Sequence record: OK040170.1
Reading direction: 5' to 3' (one strand)
Length of the DNA: 64,000 nt
The position numbers were made by a program, and so were the translations under genes. Shown here piece by piece: positions 10,065 through 18,940 of this stretch; within the stretch, counting starts at the first letter, position 1, and the number at the start of each line of letters is the position of its first letter. The notes below the pieces were generated by a model, which ran no database searches, was not told the origin of the DNA, and saw nothing but the letters and a program-made list of their open reading frames with translations.

Positions 10065-10619
10065 ATGGAGTATCAAGTATATCGAGGCTTAGTTCGTAAA
10101 GCACCTATCACTGAATCAGTTCATCCATCCATAACCTTTGCTGGTAATAAAGCAACGGCTGAGTATTACGCCCACAATCCAAACAACGCTGACCTGAAGG
10201 GTAATTGCCCTACGGTCTACTCGGCGACGATTGAGATCAATAACCCTTTCATTGTCGATAAGGATTACTCCGGCATCGAGTTCAAACAACTCCTTCGTGT
10301 TATGAGTAAGGTCGAGGTTTATAAGCTGATCTTAGAACACGAAGAATATGTCAAAGGGACTTACCTTTATCAGGAGTTCGTAAGGGAAGGCGCGTTGAGT
10401 AGTAACTACGTTCTGGAGTGTATCGGGAGAACCCCGTCTCTTCTGGAAGTGGCTTTACCTGCGTATGTGTTCCTGGATAATCCTGATATCATCTCGAGAC
10501 TTATTCGTTCAGGTTTTGACGGATCGATACATCGCGGTACGGGTGTCTCTATGGATGACGTCGAATATCGGATCTGGCTGAGTCACTCCCAGATAAAGAA
10601 GCATTGTTGCTGTAATTAG
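10065..10619 (+). CDS. putative ADP-ribosyltransferase-like protein (ART-PolyVal-like pattern)
   Basis: VYRG, SITF..NKATAEYYA, INNPF, GFDGSI, EYRIW...QIK pattern; start moved to ATG 10065 (GGAG RBS, downstream of promoter). Confidence 0.6.
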   Translation: MEYQVYRGLVRKAPITESVHPSITFAGNKATAEYYAHNPNNADLKGNCPTVYSATIEINNPFIVDKDYSGIEFKQLLRVMSKVEVYKLILEHEEYVKGTYLYQEFVREGALSSNYVLECIGRTPSLLEVALPAYVFLDNPDIISRLIRSGFDGSIHRGTGVSMDDVEYRIWLSHSQIKKHCCCN

Positions 10620-10627
10620 GAGGAGTT

Positions 10628-11017
10628 ATGAAACCTATTGAGCCTGGTTGTATGGCGGTTATAATTTCCCAGACCAAAGAAGAAGGTCGTAACGAAGTCG
10701 GTAAGGTAGTAAGAGTAGTTGGACTTGTTCCTGATGGGGAGAGTCTCTATTCTTTGGAAGGAGTGACTACGTGTACTGGGGGGTCGATTAAATCAACTGG
10801 GGCATTCATACCGGATGTTAGAAGTTGGGTAGTTCTTGGTGACATCGTGGTCGCTAAACTTACCACGGATAAGTACGGTACCATCTTTGCTAAAGGTGAA
10901 ATCACAATCGGTGGTTTTACTGGTAACGGGATGGTTGCCGAACATCGTTTAATGCGTATCGATGGTTTTGAGGACGAAGACAAAACCAAAGAAAAAGATT
11001 TACTGCTTACGGAGTAG
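10628..11017 (+). CDS. hypothetical protein
   Basis: 129 aa, AGGAGG RBS. Confidence 0.75.
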   Translation: MKPIEPGCMAVIISQTKEEGRNEVGKVVRVVGLVPDGESLYSLEGVTTCTGGSIKSTGAFIPDVRSWVVLGDIVVAKLTTDKYGTIFAKGEITIGGFTGNGMVAEHRLMRIDGFEDEDKTKEKDLLLTE

Positions 11018-11023
11018 AAAAAC

Positions 11024-11464
11024 ATGTACCTCCCAATTACTTTTGACCTGCTGCGAGAGAAATCAACGGGAACGATCGTTGAAGTAACTTCTTCTGATGC
11101 GGAACAGTCTACCATCAGTTTTGTTCCAGTGATCGATAAAGAGGGTAATGTCATTACATCAGGCGTTACCGATATCCTCTCTCTGGAAGAGATGGTTAAG
11201 CAGTTCGAACTACTGGAGAACCTGTCTTACTTCAACGTACGTGAAGAAGGTCAGATGGACTTTGGTAGCATGGTAGTCGTTAAGGATAACGATGAAGTTA
11301 ACAAGCTGATGCTTGCCTACTACGAATACATGGATCAACCGATGATGCTCCAGTATCTCGAGATCGATGTAGAGTGGCCGGCATTGGCTGTAGTAATGAA
11401 CCAGGCTCTCTTTGTAGAGTCGGTAAACAAAGTCAGTAAAATCATTCAAACTGTTAAAGGTTAA
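11024..11464 (+). CDS. hypothetical protein
   Basis: 146 aa, GGAG RBS. Confidence 0.75.
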   Translation: MYLPITFDLLREKSTGTIVEVTSSDAEQSTISFVPVIDKEGNVITSGVTDILSLEEMVKQFELLENLSYFNVREEGQMDFGSMVVVKDNDEVNKLMLAYYEYMDQPMMLQYLEIDVEWPALAVVMNQALFVESVNKVSKIIQTVKG

Positions 11465-11474
11465 GGAAAGTCAA

Positions 11475-11930
11475 ATGTCCGATAAAACTATTGCTCGTCG
11501 TGTCTTCATCGCATCTTCCGATCTGGTTAACAAAATCGGCTATACGGCCTTTAACCAGGTCTTGCTGAACGCCAAACATATTCAGTGTGCATTCGGGTTA
11601 CCTTACCCGGACGCAGGCTCTGCTAAGCTGGCAGAACCGTATTCCTATTCCCCGCTGCCAAACAACGGTTACGATACCGTAGAGAACCCGGTAGCTTATC
11701 TGCACGATTTCCGCCGTACTCCTTCTGGTATCTACGCACTGATCTCCCCGATGGAAGGTTGTACTAACAAAACCTTCCTGAAGGCGCTGGCGGGTACGCA
11801 GCAGACGTTCAAGTTCGTTCCGCGCGTTATCTTGAAGAAAGCGAAGCTCAAGTCAGTGAACAACTTCCACCTGCAGGCAGCCAACCGGGACTTCCACGAG
11901 ATCATCACTTTTGACATGATCTGGAAATAA
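11475..11930 (+). CDS. degenerate prohead-protease-fold paralog
   Basis: FGLPYP, IYALISP, FKFVPR and IITFD are spaced like the S78/S80 protease motifs; no catalytic His or Ser. Confidence 0.45.
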   Translation: MSDKTIARRVFIASSDLVNKIGYTAFNQVLLNAKHIQCAFGLPYPDAGSAKLAEPYSYSPLPNNGYDTVENPVAYLHDFRRTPSGIYALISPMEGCTNKTFLKALAGTQQTFKFVPRVILKKAKLKSVNNFHLQAANRDFHEIITFDMIWK

Positions 11931-11995
11931 CTAATCATAGCGGGTAGGGATTTCCCTACCCTTTATACTCCCATTTAATTAAGTAAGGAAATGTC

Positions 11996-12448
11996 ATGAA
12001 AGGTATTAGCGATTATTTGTTATCCATGTTGATTGAAGAAGGTACTGTTACTCGTGCTGAGATTAAGGACTTTATCCGTATCATCAAGGAGCCTTCTTCT
12101 TACGCGACGATTCGCATCGTAGTTCCTAAAGACGCCGGGATTGCTTTCCTGAAAGATCATATTCAGGCCGATGAGATCAAAGCAATGAAGTTCCGTCGGG
12201 TTCGCATTGTTGATGCGCAGTGGCGAGTTGGCGAAACGCTGGTTAACTTGGGCGATAATAAGCCTGGTTTCATCTACCGTGAAGACTCCCACTCTACGTT
12301 CCACCTGGATCAGGTGGTAGGTTATCGCGACCTGGGCCTACGGTTCTCATTTAAGGCAGATACCCTTGCGAGCGGTTTTACTCGTGATGTTTTCTTCCGT
12401 CAGCCTGACTGGGTGGAATTAGAATTCGCTGGGGTATTACTGAAATGA
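11996..12448 (+). CDS. hypothetical protein
   Basis: 150 aa, AAGGA RBS. Confidence 0.75.
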   Translation: MKGISDYLLSMLIEEGTVTRAEIKDFIRIIKEPSSYATIRIVVPKDAGIAFLKDHIQADEIKAMKFRRVRIVDAQWRVGETLVNLGDNKPGFIYREDSHSTFHLDQVVGYRDLGLRFSFKADTLASGFTRDVFFRQPDWVELEFAGVLLK

Positions 12449-12948
12449 TTACAACACTCATCACCTACCGTAAGGGCAGTGGGATGAATCAGATACGTAA
12501 GCAACTGCCAATTAAACACAATGCAGTTGTGTCTGAATCCACTGTCTCGATTGTCTACGCTAAATGGGCGAGTGGTGTAGAGATGACCAACCCTGATGTC
12601 GAAGTCAAGATGGAGGGTAAGTTACTTTCCTTCTCCATGATCCCTCCTGTTGTCGTTGATGACAATGAAGGGATTGAGCTCTTCGTCAACGATCGTTGGT
12701 TAGTTGATCTGAGTAAGATTACTACTGTCGATCAACCGGAGATCATCATCTTCGAGATCGAAACGGGAATTAAGTCGGCCAGTCTCTATCGTCACCACTC
12801 GGGTAAGATCTATCAGGTTATTACTTTAAGTAACATGAAGGTAACCAAACCCGAGTACAAAGAGACTGTGACTTATCGGGATATCGAGAGCGGCACGACC
12901 TACAGTCGTCCCCTTGAAGAATTCACTAAGAGCTTTACAGCTCTCTAA
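12445..12948 (+). CDS. hypothetical protein with C-terminal DUF1653-like domain
   Basis: LYRHHSGKIYQVI, VTYRD and YSRPLEEF motifs. Confidence 0.65.
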   Translation: MITTLITYRKGSGMNQIRKQLPIKHNAVVSESTVSIVYAKWASGVEMTNPDVEVKMEGKLLSFSMIPPVVVDDNEGIELFVNDRWLVDLSKITTVDQPEIIIFEIETGIKSASLYRHHSGKIYQVITLSNMKVTKPEYKETVTYRDIESGTTYSRPLEEFTKSFTAL

Positions 12949-12963
12949 AAAGGTAACGGGGAA

Positions 12964-14205
12964 ATGTTAGAGTCAATAATGACTGTGCTTGAGAAATTCA
13001 ACCACATTGCAAAAGACAACATGTTACTTAGCGTGTTGTTTGGCGGCTCTGGGGTGATGTTGATTACAGCGGTGGTGAAGGGCTTACCATCTAAGTTATT
13101 CAACTTCTTCTTACACCACCTCACTACACGCATCAACATGGAGACAATCTTCAACTATACGCACTTTTCTAACTTTGAAGAGTGGTTCTCCAGTAGTAAG
13201 TGGGTTCGCTACGTACGTTCGGTACAGCCGTCAGTAACGGGTAACGGCAAACAGTCAGCCGGGATGGGGACTCATTGGTTCTTCTATAAATGCAGACCTG
13301 TTAAGTTCACTAAGAAGATGGTGCAGAGCAATGGTCGTAATGATGGGTCAATGGATATGGAATTCCGATTCTTTACCCGTAACCATGCACTCATTGATCA
13401 GTTCTTTGCCGAGATATCTCGGTCGCCAGATCGTAACACGCACACGTTCATCTCAGAACAAGGTGCAGGTGCCTCGGTTAAGATACCCAGTCGAGATCTC
13501 GATACGGTAGTTATCGATGCTGAGACTAAATCGAAGATCATCACTACAATTGATAACTTCAGGAAGAACCGTCAGTGGTACTACGACCGTGGTATTCCTT
13601 ATAAGTTAGTCATCCTTCTTCACGGTTTGCCTGGTACGGGTAAGACGTCATTGATCCGTAGTATCGCAGGTTATCTGAAGATGGATATCATGGTGTTCGA
13701 CCCACGTCGCGACCCTTACAACATTGGCGCCAATCTACGCGGATTGTGGCCAGGGTACATTGGAGTTATCGAGGACATTAACGCCAAACCAATGTCTAAG
13801 GACTTAGCGATTGAGCGGGAACCAGATCCTTTCTCTCCAGTAAACTCCCCTGCATCCAATAAGCCGCCTATCAACGAAGTTGACATGAAGTCCATGTTGA
13901 ACGCGTTGGACGGGCCAGTGCCGTTGGACGATAAGATCATCTTCATTACGTCTAACCACGTAGAGGAGTTGGATCCTACCTTTATTCGGCCAGGTCGTAT
14001 TGATCTTTCCATCGAGATCAAACCACTGACCTACAAGGAAGTTAATGAGTTCAGTATCCTTAATTACGGCCGTGGCATTTCTGATGATGAGTCATATGGT
14101 ACAATCACCGGTGCCGCACTTCAACAGATCATGTTGGATAACATCGGTGATTTCGATGGCTTCTACAAAACACTTAAAACAAAACTTTCCGAAGAGGTAG
14201 CGTAA
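12964..14205 (+). CDS. BCS1-like membrane-anchored AAA+ ATPase
   Basis: N-terminal TM; LLHGLPGTGKTS (Walker A), IEDIN (Walker B), TSNH and LDPTFIRPGRID (SRH); WYYDRGIPYK typical of BCS1-like proteins. Confidence 0.85.
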   Translation: MLESIMTVLEKFNHIAKDNMLLSVLFGGSGVMLITAVVKGLPSKLFNFFLHHLTTRINMETIFNYTHFSNFEEWFSSSKWVRYVRSVQPSVTGNGKQSAGMGTHWFFYKCRPVKFTKKMVQSNGRNDGSMDMEFRFFTRNHALIDQFFAEISRSPDRNTHTFISEQGAGASVKIPSRDLDTVVIDAETKSKIITTIDNFRKNRQWYYDRGIPYKLVILLHGLPGTGKTSLIRSIAGYLKMDIMVFDPRRDPYNIGANLRGLWPGYIGVIEDINAKPMSKDLAIEREPDPFSPVNSPASNKPPINEVDMKSMLNALDGPVPLDDKIIFITSNHVEELDPTFIRPGRIDLSIEIKPLTYKEVNEFSILNYGRGISDDESYGTITGAALQQIMLDNIGDFDGFYKTLKTKLSEEVA

Positions 14206-14639
14206 TGTTTTCACCCATGTTCGAGATGATCGGTAACTTCCTCAACGGTTGTCCTCGGTCTTTCATCACTACCGACGGTTCAGTGACGCTGGAAGAAATG
14301 AAAGGGTGGTTTGGTAACGGTTACAATATCGTTGTTTTTACTCCCCCGGAAGATACTTCCAAATCACGTTCTTACCTCGCTAAGATGTTTGAGCAGGACG
14401 CCGCTGAATTAGAAAGCGAAGAAGGTGAGAATAAGATTTACTTCTACGAGTCAGAGGAAACCGACAGCTATCTGGATATGGCTATTCTGGTTTCCACCGA
14501 CGCGTTGGTTGAGTTCTCTCGTTACATTGATGTTGACGACAAGAATTTCAGCTACATCAACGCTACCATCAAAAAGTGCCGTGGTTACGAATCTTACGGT
14601 AAAGTCACGCTACAACTACCAATGGGGTATCCGCTGTGA
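14205..14639 (+). CDS. hypothetical protein
   Basis: 144 aa, TAATG overlap. Confidence 0.75.
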   Translation: MFSPMFEMIGNFLNGCPRSFITTDGSVTLEEMKGWFGNGYNIVVFTPPEDTSKSRSYLAKMFEQDAAELESEEGENKIYFYESEETDSYLDMAILVSTDALVEFSRYIDVDDKNFSYINATIKKCRGYESYGKVTLQLPMGYPL

Positions 14640-15028
14640 TCGAATACGTTATCTCAGAAACACATATCACTGACAAGACAAAGAAACGCCTGAGTGAACA
14701 ACTCGGCGAAGGTCGGGAGATTACTGCGGTTCTCTCCTTCGATCAGTCTTACGTCATGGAACGTAAAGGCCCTGACTTTTCTGGTCTGCTGGTAATCACC
14801 GGGCCACTGCTGGAATACCATATCTTCCGTAAGGTCGGTATGAAGTTCGTTCATGCAGGAGCCATGAAAACCTCCATTTCAACCGTGTCACTCAGCGATG
14901 ATAACTACAACGCGATGGCCGGTCTGGGAGTGGAGGATAAACTCACCGCTCTTTCCCATAAGGTCAAAGAGCTCCACCCACATATCCTCGCTTACTTTAA
15001 GACGGAGGAAATGAAAGGAGTACTCTGA
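14636..15028 (+). CDS. hypothetical protein
   Basis: 130 aa, GTGA overlap. Confidence 0.7.
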   Translation: MIEYVISETHITDKTKKRLSEQLGEGREITAVLSFDQSYVMERKGPDFSGLLVITGPLLEYHIFRKVGMKFVHAGAMKTSISTVSLSDDNYNAMAGLGVEDKLTALSHKVKELHPHILAYFKTEEMKGVL

Positions 15029-15417
15029 TGAAGAAGTTGATCATCGGCGTTGTTGCGTTGATGCTGGCGGTTTCGTTCAGCATCTCGTTTAGCTACGCAA
15101 AAGATCCGGTCGTGTTCCGTGAGGGCTATATCTTCGAAGCTATATTCACGGGCGACGTAGTCCACGTTAAAACTTTTGACTCCGGGGTTAATTGTACTTA
15201 CGATAGTCGGGTTGATAACGTAGACGAGTTCGAAGGTAAATACTACACGATGCGGTACAGTTGCTGGATCATTCCTGCCAAGTACTTTAACAGCGTTCAT
15301 CTGACTTACTACTACGACTCGGACACCTTTAATCTGATCTATCGGAGAAATTCGAAAGGAGAGATCATTTACGAAGGGATTTGGGCCGCTAAGGATGTGC
15401 TCGATGTACGCCAGTAA
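15028..15417 (+). CDS. secreted protein (signal peptide)
   Basis: MKKLIIGVVALMLAVSFSISFSYA signal peptide, 2 Cys. Confidence 0.75.
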   Translation: MKKLIIGVVALMLAVSFSISFSYAKDPVVFREGYIFEAIFTGDVVHVKTFDSGVNCTYDSRVDNVDEFEGKYYTMRYSCWIIPAKYFNSVHLTYYYDSDTFNLIYRRNSKGEIIYEGIWAAKDVLDVRQ

Positions 15418-15790
15418 AGCTCTCCTTGATCTGGAGGGGATACAGGTGCTACAGGTTGACAAGGAAGTCAATCTCCGTACGCTAGTGAGCTATTACCCCG
15501 TACCTGACGCTCGGGATATTCTCCGCGCAATAGGTCACCCTTGGGTGGAAATAAAGAGCGACTATCGATCTATCTTCTACTGTACGCTACGCAAAGGCAC
15601 AGACCAGAAGCGGTCGTTCATGGATTCGGCTAAGGTGAATAGTTTCTTGAGCAAAGCCAAGGTCGAGGGTAAGGGTGCATTACTCATCGTCCGCGGTTCA
15701 CTGGTCTATTCAGAGGCCAAGGAAGGCGTTAAACGTAAAGTGCGAGTCTACCGTAATCAACTGGGAAATATAACGGAAGTGCTATTGTGA
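15395..15790 (+). CDS. hypothetical protein
   Basis: 131 aa ORF; true start may be ATG 15407. Confidence 0.65.
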   Translation: MCSMYASKALLDLEGIQVLQVDKEVNLRTLVSYYPVPDARDILRAIGHPWVEIKSDYRSIFYCTLRKGTDQKRSFMDSAKVNSFLSKAKVEGKGALLIVRGSLVYSEAKEGVKRKVRVYRNQLGNITEVLL

Positions 15791-16059
15791 TGAAACCTTC
15801 AAGTAAGAGTATTATCATTTCGTGGGTGGTGGCGATCATGTATATTCTTTACATCGTTGCCCTGATGGTATCGCCATTACATTGGCTACCGTGGATCATC
15901 GTTGTTCGAGTGATTCCTTTTATTGGTATTTGGCTCTACGATCGTTACAAGGGAAATAAAGCCCACGGGTTCTTCTCGTACGTGCTTATGCCGCAAGGTA
16001 TACTGTCCATAGCGATCTTAAACTTCAAACAGGATGTCAAGTACGTCTTTGGCAAATAA
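15787..16059 (+). CDS. small 3-TM membrane protein
   Basis: Three hydrophobic segments in 90 aa. Confidence 0.7.
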   Translation: MMKPSSKSIIISWVVAIMYILYIVALMVSPLHWLPWIIVVRVIPFIGIWLYDRYKGNKAHGFFSYVLMPQGILSIAILNFKQDVKYVFGK

Positions 16060-16070
16060 ACACAGAGAAG

Positions 16071-16098
16071 CTCTCCTAGGGATTATTCCCTAGGAGAG
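16071..16098 (+). terminator. 12-bp perfect hairpin, probable terminator
   Basis: ctctcctaggga-ttat-tccctaggagag. Confidence 0.65.
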
Positions 16099-16102
16099 TC
16101 CT

Positions 16103-16141
16103 ATTATATCCATTTCCAATTTTTTTGGTGTCTATATAACC
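16103..16141 (+). repeat. 39-bp direct repeat copy 1, containing promoter variant TATATAAC
   Basis: attatatccatttccaatttttttggtgtctatataacc is identical to 39073-39111. Confidence 0.9.
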
Positions 16142-16199
16142 AGCGCGAAGGTCTATAGTAAAACCTTCTTTTCAAACGTTACAATAAAGGATTATAAAG

Positions 16200-16718
16200 A
16201 TGTTAAGTTCCCTGAAGAAGTGGGCAAAGACCGTCGTCTTTAACTACCGGGCAGATAAAGCCTGGGGTTCGGATGATGAAACTAAAATGGAGTATCTCGC
16301 TGCTATTAGAGCAATGGATTTTTGGAAGTTCAGAGAGATGCGTTTTTTCACAAAGATGGCCACCGAGGACTTTGTTAGGGTACATAATCTTACCGATCCT
16401 TTAAAGATAGCTGATGGATCAATGTTGGTCCATCGCTTACTCTCCAAGTCGACATTCAGTGCGGCGCTTAAGGTGCTCGGTATACTCTCCATATACTACA
16501 CCTTCCCGGTAGAAGGGGCTGTTCTTGGTACGTGTGCATTATTAGCTCACATACGCTTCTTGTACGTAAGAGAGCTGAGATACTTAACTATCAAGATAAT
16601 CCTGGAAACTGAACATAAAGAGTTGGACGGTTGCACCCGTCCAACTCTGGCTACGTGTCTTAAATCATACGTGGTTCGGATTAAACCAATTATAAAAAGG
16701 AGGTTAGGACTTAACTAA
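16200..16718 (+). CDS. hypothetical protein, probable membrane segment
   Basis: 172 aa, AAAGGA RBS, atypical codon usage. Confidence 0.7.
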   Translation: MLSSLKKWAKTVVFNYRADKAWGSDDETKMEYLAAIRAMDFWKFREMRFFTKMATEDFVRVHNLTDPLKIADGSMLVHRLLSKSTFSAALKVLGILSIYYTFPVEGAVLGTCALLAHIRFLYVRELRYLTIKIILETEHKELDGCTRPTLATCLKSYVVRIKPIIKRRLGLN

Positions 16719-16813
16719 CTCCGCTAACCGGGTCAGGTTATGATCCCTGGCTCGGTTACATACTAATTTAAAATACGTAAAAAATTACTTACTTACTTAA
16801 AAAGGAAACTATA

Positions 16814-17134
16814 ATGAAAACAATCATTACCGTACTAACTACTGTTCTTATTGCAACTGTACCTTTCCTTCCTAAAGCGGAAGCAAGCAACGTCTACCAT
16901 ACCGACAAAGGTGTTACATTCACCATTGATGGTAAGTTAGCAGAAATCGAACAAAACGGTAAAGTCACCAAGTGTGCTTTGGTAATCAGTAAAGATGCCA
17001 CCTCTGCCTGGAAATGCAGCAACGGCAAGCAGCTCTGGATTCGTAACAAGCCGGAAAGTGAACTGATCACGTTCGCTATCTTCGATCTGAAAGATGACTA
17101 CCCGGACTTCATTGATTCGGTTCTGAAGAAATAA
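16814..17134 (+). CDS. secreted two-Cys beta-rich protein, paralog 1
   Basis: Signal peptide ending AEA; TKC...WKC motif. Confidence 0.75.
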   Translation: MKTIITVLTTVLIATVPFLPKAEASNVYHTDKGVTFTIDGKLAEIEQNGKVTKCALVISKDATSAWKCSNGKQLWIRNKPESELITFAIFDLKDDYPDFIDSVLKK

Positions 17135-17208
17135 CCAAAATTACGGAGGGGTTATCCCCTCCTCTAATAACTAAATACAAACACTTTAAACTTAAAAAGG
17201 AAATAACA

Positions 17209-17661
17209 ATGAACCCGATCCAACACCTCAAAAAATTCGTTAAGTCAGACGTAGAAGGTCATGCTTTCATCGCGCTATCTGATTCACCTTTCCAGACCGC
17301 AATTGTAAAATGCATTCTTGGGAACGAATTCGGTGAAGCGTTTGAATTGGCCAAGGCTAATAAAAACTCATTCAAATTCTTCGAAATAAAAGAACAGAAA
17401 TATGCCGTAGTGGTGGCCAACGAATACGACTTCACAACCTACATGGACTTACCTGGACTAGTGAACCTGGAAACTGAACTGGGAACTCGCGTAATCGTCT
17501 TTGGAGAGTATGCCCAAGGCGAAGTGCTGGGTAACCTGTTAATCGCTGTTGGGGCTTCCTGGTACGGTTTTACGGCGCCATGGAAACATCACAACGATGC
17601 TCTCCATTATGTCACTTCCAGATATGCCGGTTGTGAAATGGCTCAGTGCAAAATTGCTTAA
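17209..17661 (+). CDS. hypothetical protein
   Basis: 150 aa, AAGGA RBS. Confidence 0.75.
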   Translation: MNPIQHLKKFVKSDVEGHAFIALSDSPFQTAIVKCILGNEFGEAFELAKANKNSFKFFEIKEQKYAVVVANEYDFTTYMDLPGLVNLETELGTRVIVFGEYAQGEVLGNLLIAVGASWYGFTAPWKHHNDALHYVTSRYAGCEMAQCKIA

Positions 17662-17730
17662 CAAACTTTACTAGGGGACATGTTCCCCTAGTTTATTCTC
17701 ACTTGTCCCAATCTTAATTAGGAAAACCAA

Positions 17731-18090
17731 ATGAAACTCATCCACGCTATCTTCGCTATCGCTCTTCTGACTTTTGCTGGTTCTGCTTATGCTAACAACT
17801 ATCGTCTGTACGATGACTACAGCAATGAGATTACTCTTCGCGGTAACCTGCTGAAAATTAAGAACGACGCACACGGCGGTGTTACTCGTTGTACCTTCAA
17901 CGAAAACATCACGGGTAAAGAAAGTGATGGTACAACTTACCGTGGCGCTAACTACCTTTGTGGTGGTAAGATGTGGGCTACCTTCACCACTAACCAAGAA
18001 CGTCACACTGTAGAGGTTAGCGTCTTCCTGTACAAAGATACTCTCTACACCAAAGAACTGCCGCTGGCTGCTCTTGAACTCATCGACTAA
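17731..18090 (+). CDS. secreted two-Cys beta-rich protein, paralog 2
   Basis: Signal peptide ending AYA; TRC...YLC. Confidence 0.8.
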   Translation: MKLIHAIFAIALLTFAGSAYANNYRLYDDYSNEITLRGNLLKIKNDAHGGVTRCTFNENITGKESDGTTYRGANYLCGGKMWATFTTNQERHTVEVSVFLYKDTLYTKELPLAALELID

Positions 18091-18108
18091 TCAATAAGGC
18101 AATCTGAC

Positions 18109-18450
18109 ATGAACCGTTTTATCATCGTATTACTGGCTTTGATTTCTTTTAGCGCTTATGCTGACACCACGACCCTTAGTGAGGGAACTGACTTTAATGC
18201 CGTGATCGGTGATAAAACCTCAGTCGTTAATTACGACGACCAGACCCTGTATTGTGAATTAGAGAAGACCAGCCGGGAACTCGATTCAGAATACGGCAAG
18301 TATCAACTGAAACTCTATAGCTGTGGCGCCAACATCATGTTCGCCCACAAGACCTACGACAGCCAACCTTTCACGCAAGCTATCATCGGTGACAAGGCAA
18401 CCAATGTAGTTTACTACAGCAACTACTTCAATAAGGAAACAACTAAATGA
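18109..18450 (+). CDS. secreted two-Cys beta-rich protein, paralog 3
   Basis: Signal peptide ending AYA; LYC...YSC. Confidence 0.8.
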   Translation: MNRFIIVLLALISFSAYADTTTLSEGTDFNAVIGDKTSVVNYDDQTLYCELEKTSRELDSEYGKYQLKLYSCGANIMFAHKTYDSQPFTQAIIGDKATNVVYYSNYFNKETTK

Positions 18451-18812
18451 AATTCGTTATCGCGTTATTCGTAGCCGTACTGTCCCTGGCGTCTTTCTCT
18501 GCCAATGCAAGTCTGATCCATATGAGCGATGCACCTGAATACGATTTCGTAGTAGGTGACACTACTGCTCGGGTCAAAAACCTGCAAACCAATAAAACCT
18601 CTCGCTGTACGCTGATGTACAATGACAACGGTATCGATAAAGATAACCTCGTCTACGTCGTTAGCTTCTTCCAATGCGATGCAGGATTCGAGCTGATGGC
18701 CAAGATCACAACCGAGAACGGCAACATCATCGTAGCCATGATTCGTAACGGTGCCAATAAAGAGTTCTATCGCAAGTACGCTCCTAAAGGTACTTGGGTT
18801 GTCATGAACTAA
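18447..18812 (+). CDS. secreted two-Cys beta-rich protein, paralog 4
   Basis: Signal peptide ending ANA; SRC...FQC. Confidence 0.8.
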   Translation: MKFVIALFVAVLSLASFSANASLIHMSDAPEYDFVVGDTTARVKNLQTNKTSRCTLMYNDNGIDKDNLVYVVSFFQCDAGFELMAKITTENGNIIVAMIRNGANKEFYRKYAPKGTWVVMN

Positions 18813-18940
18813 ACCGATCCCTCTACCTATCCGGGTAGGGGGATTATTTTACGTATTACTCTTTTATTTTTTATGAACGCGAAACGTTTCTGAACTCCCC
18901 CGTTTCAGAAACCTCTTAATCTCCCGCTAAGGTGGTACAG

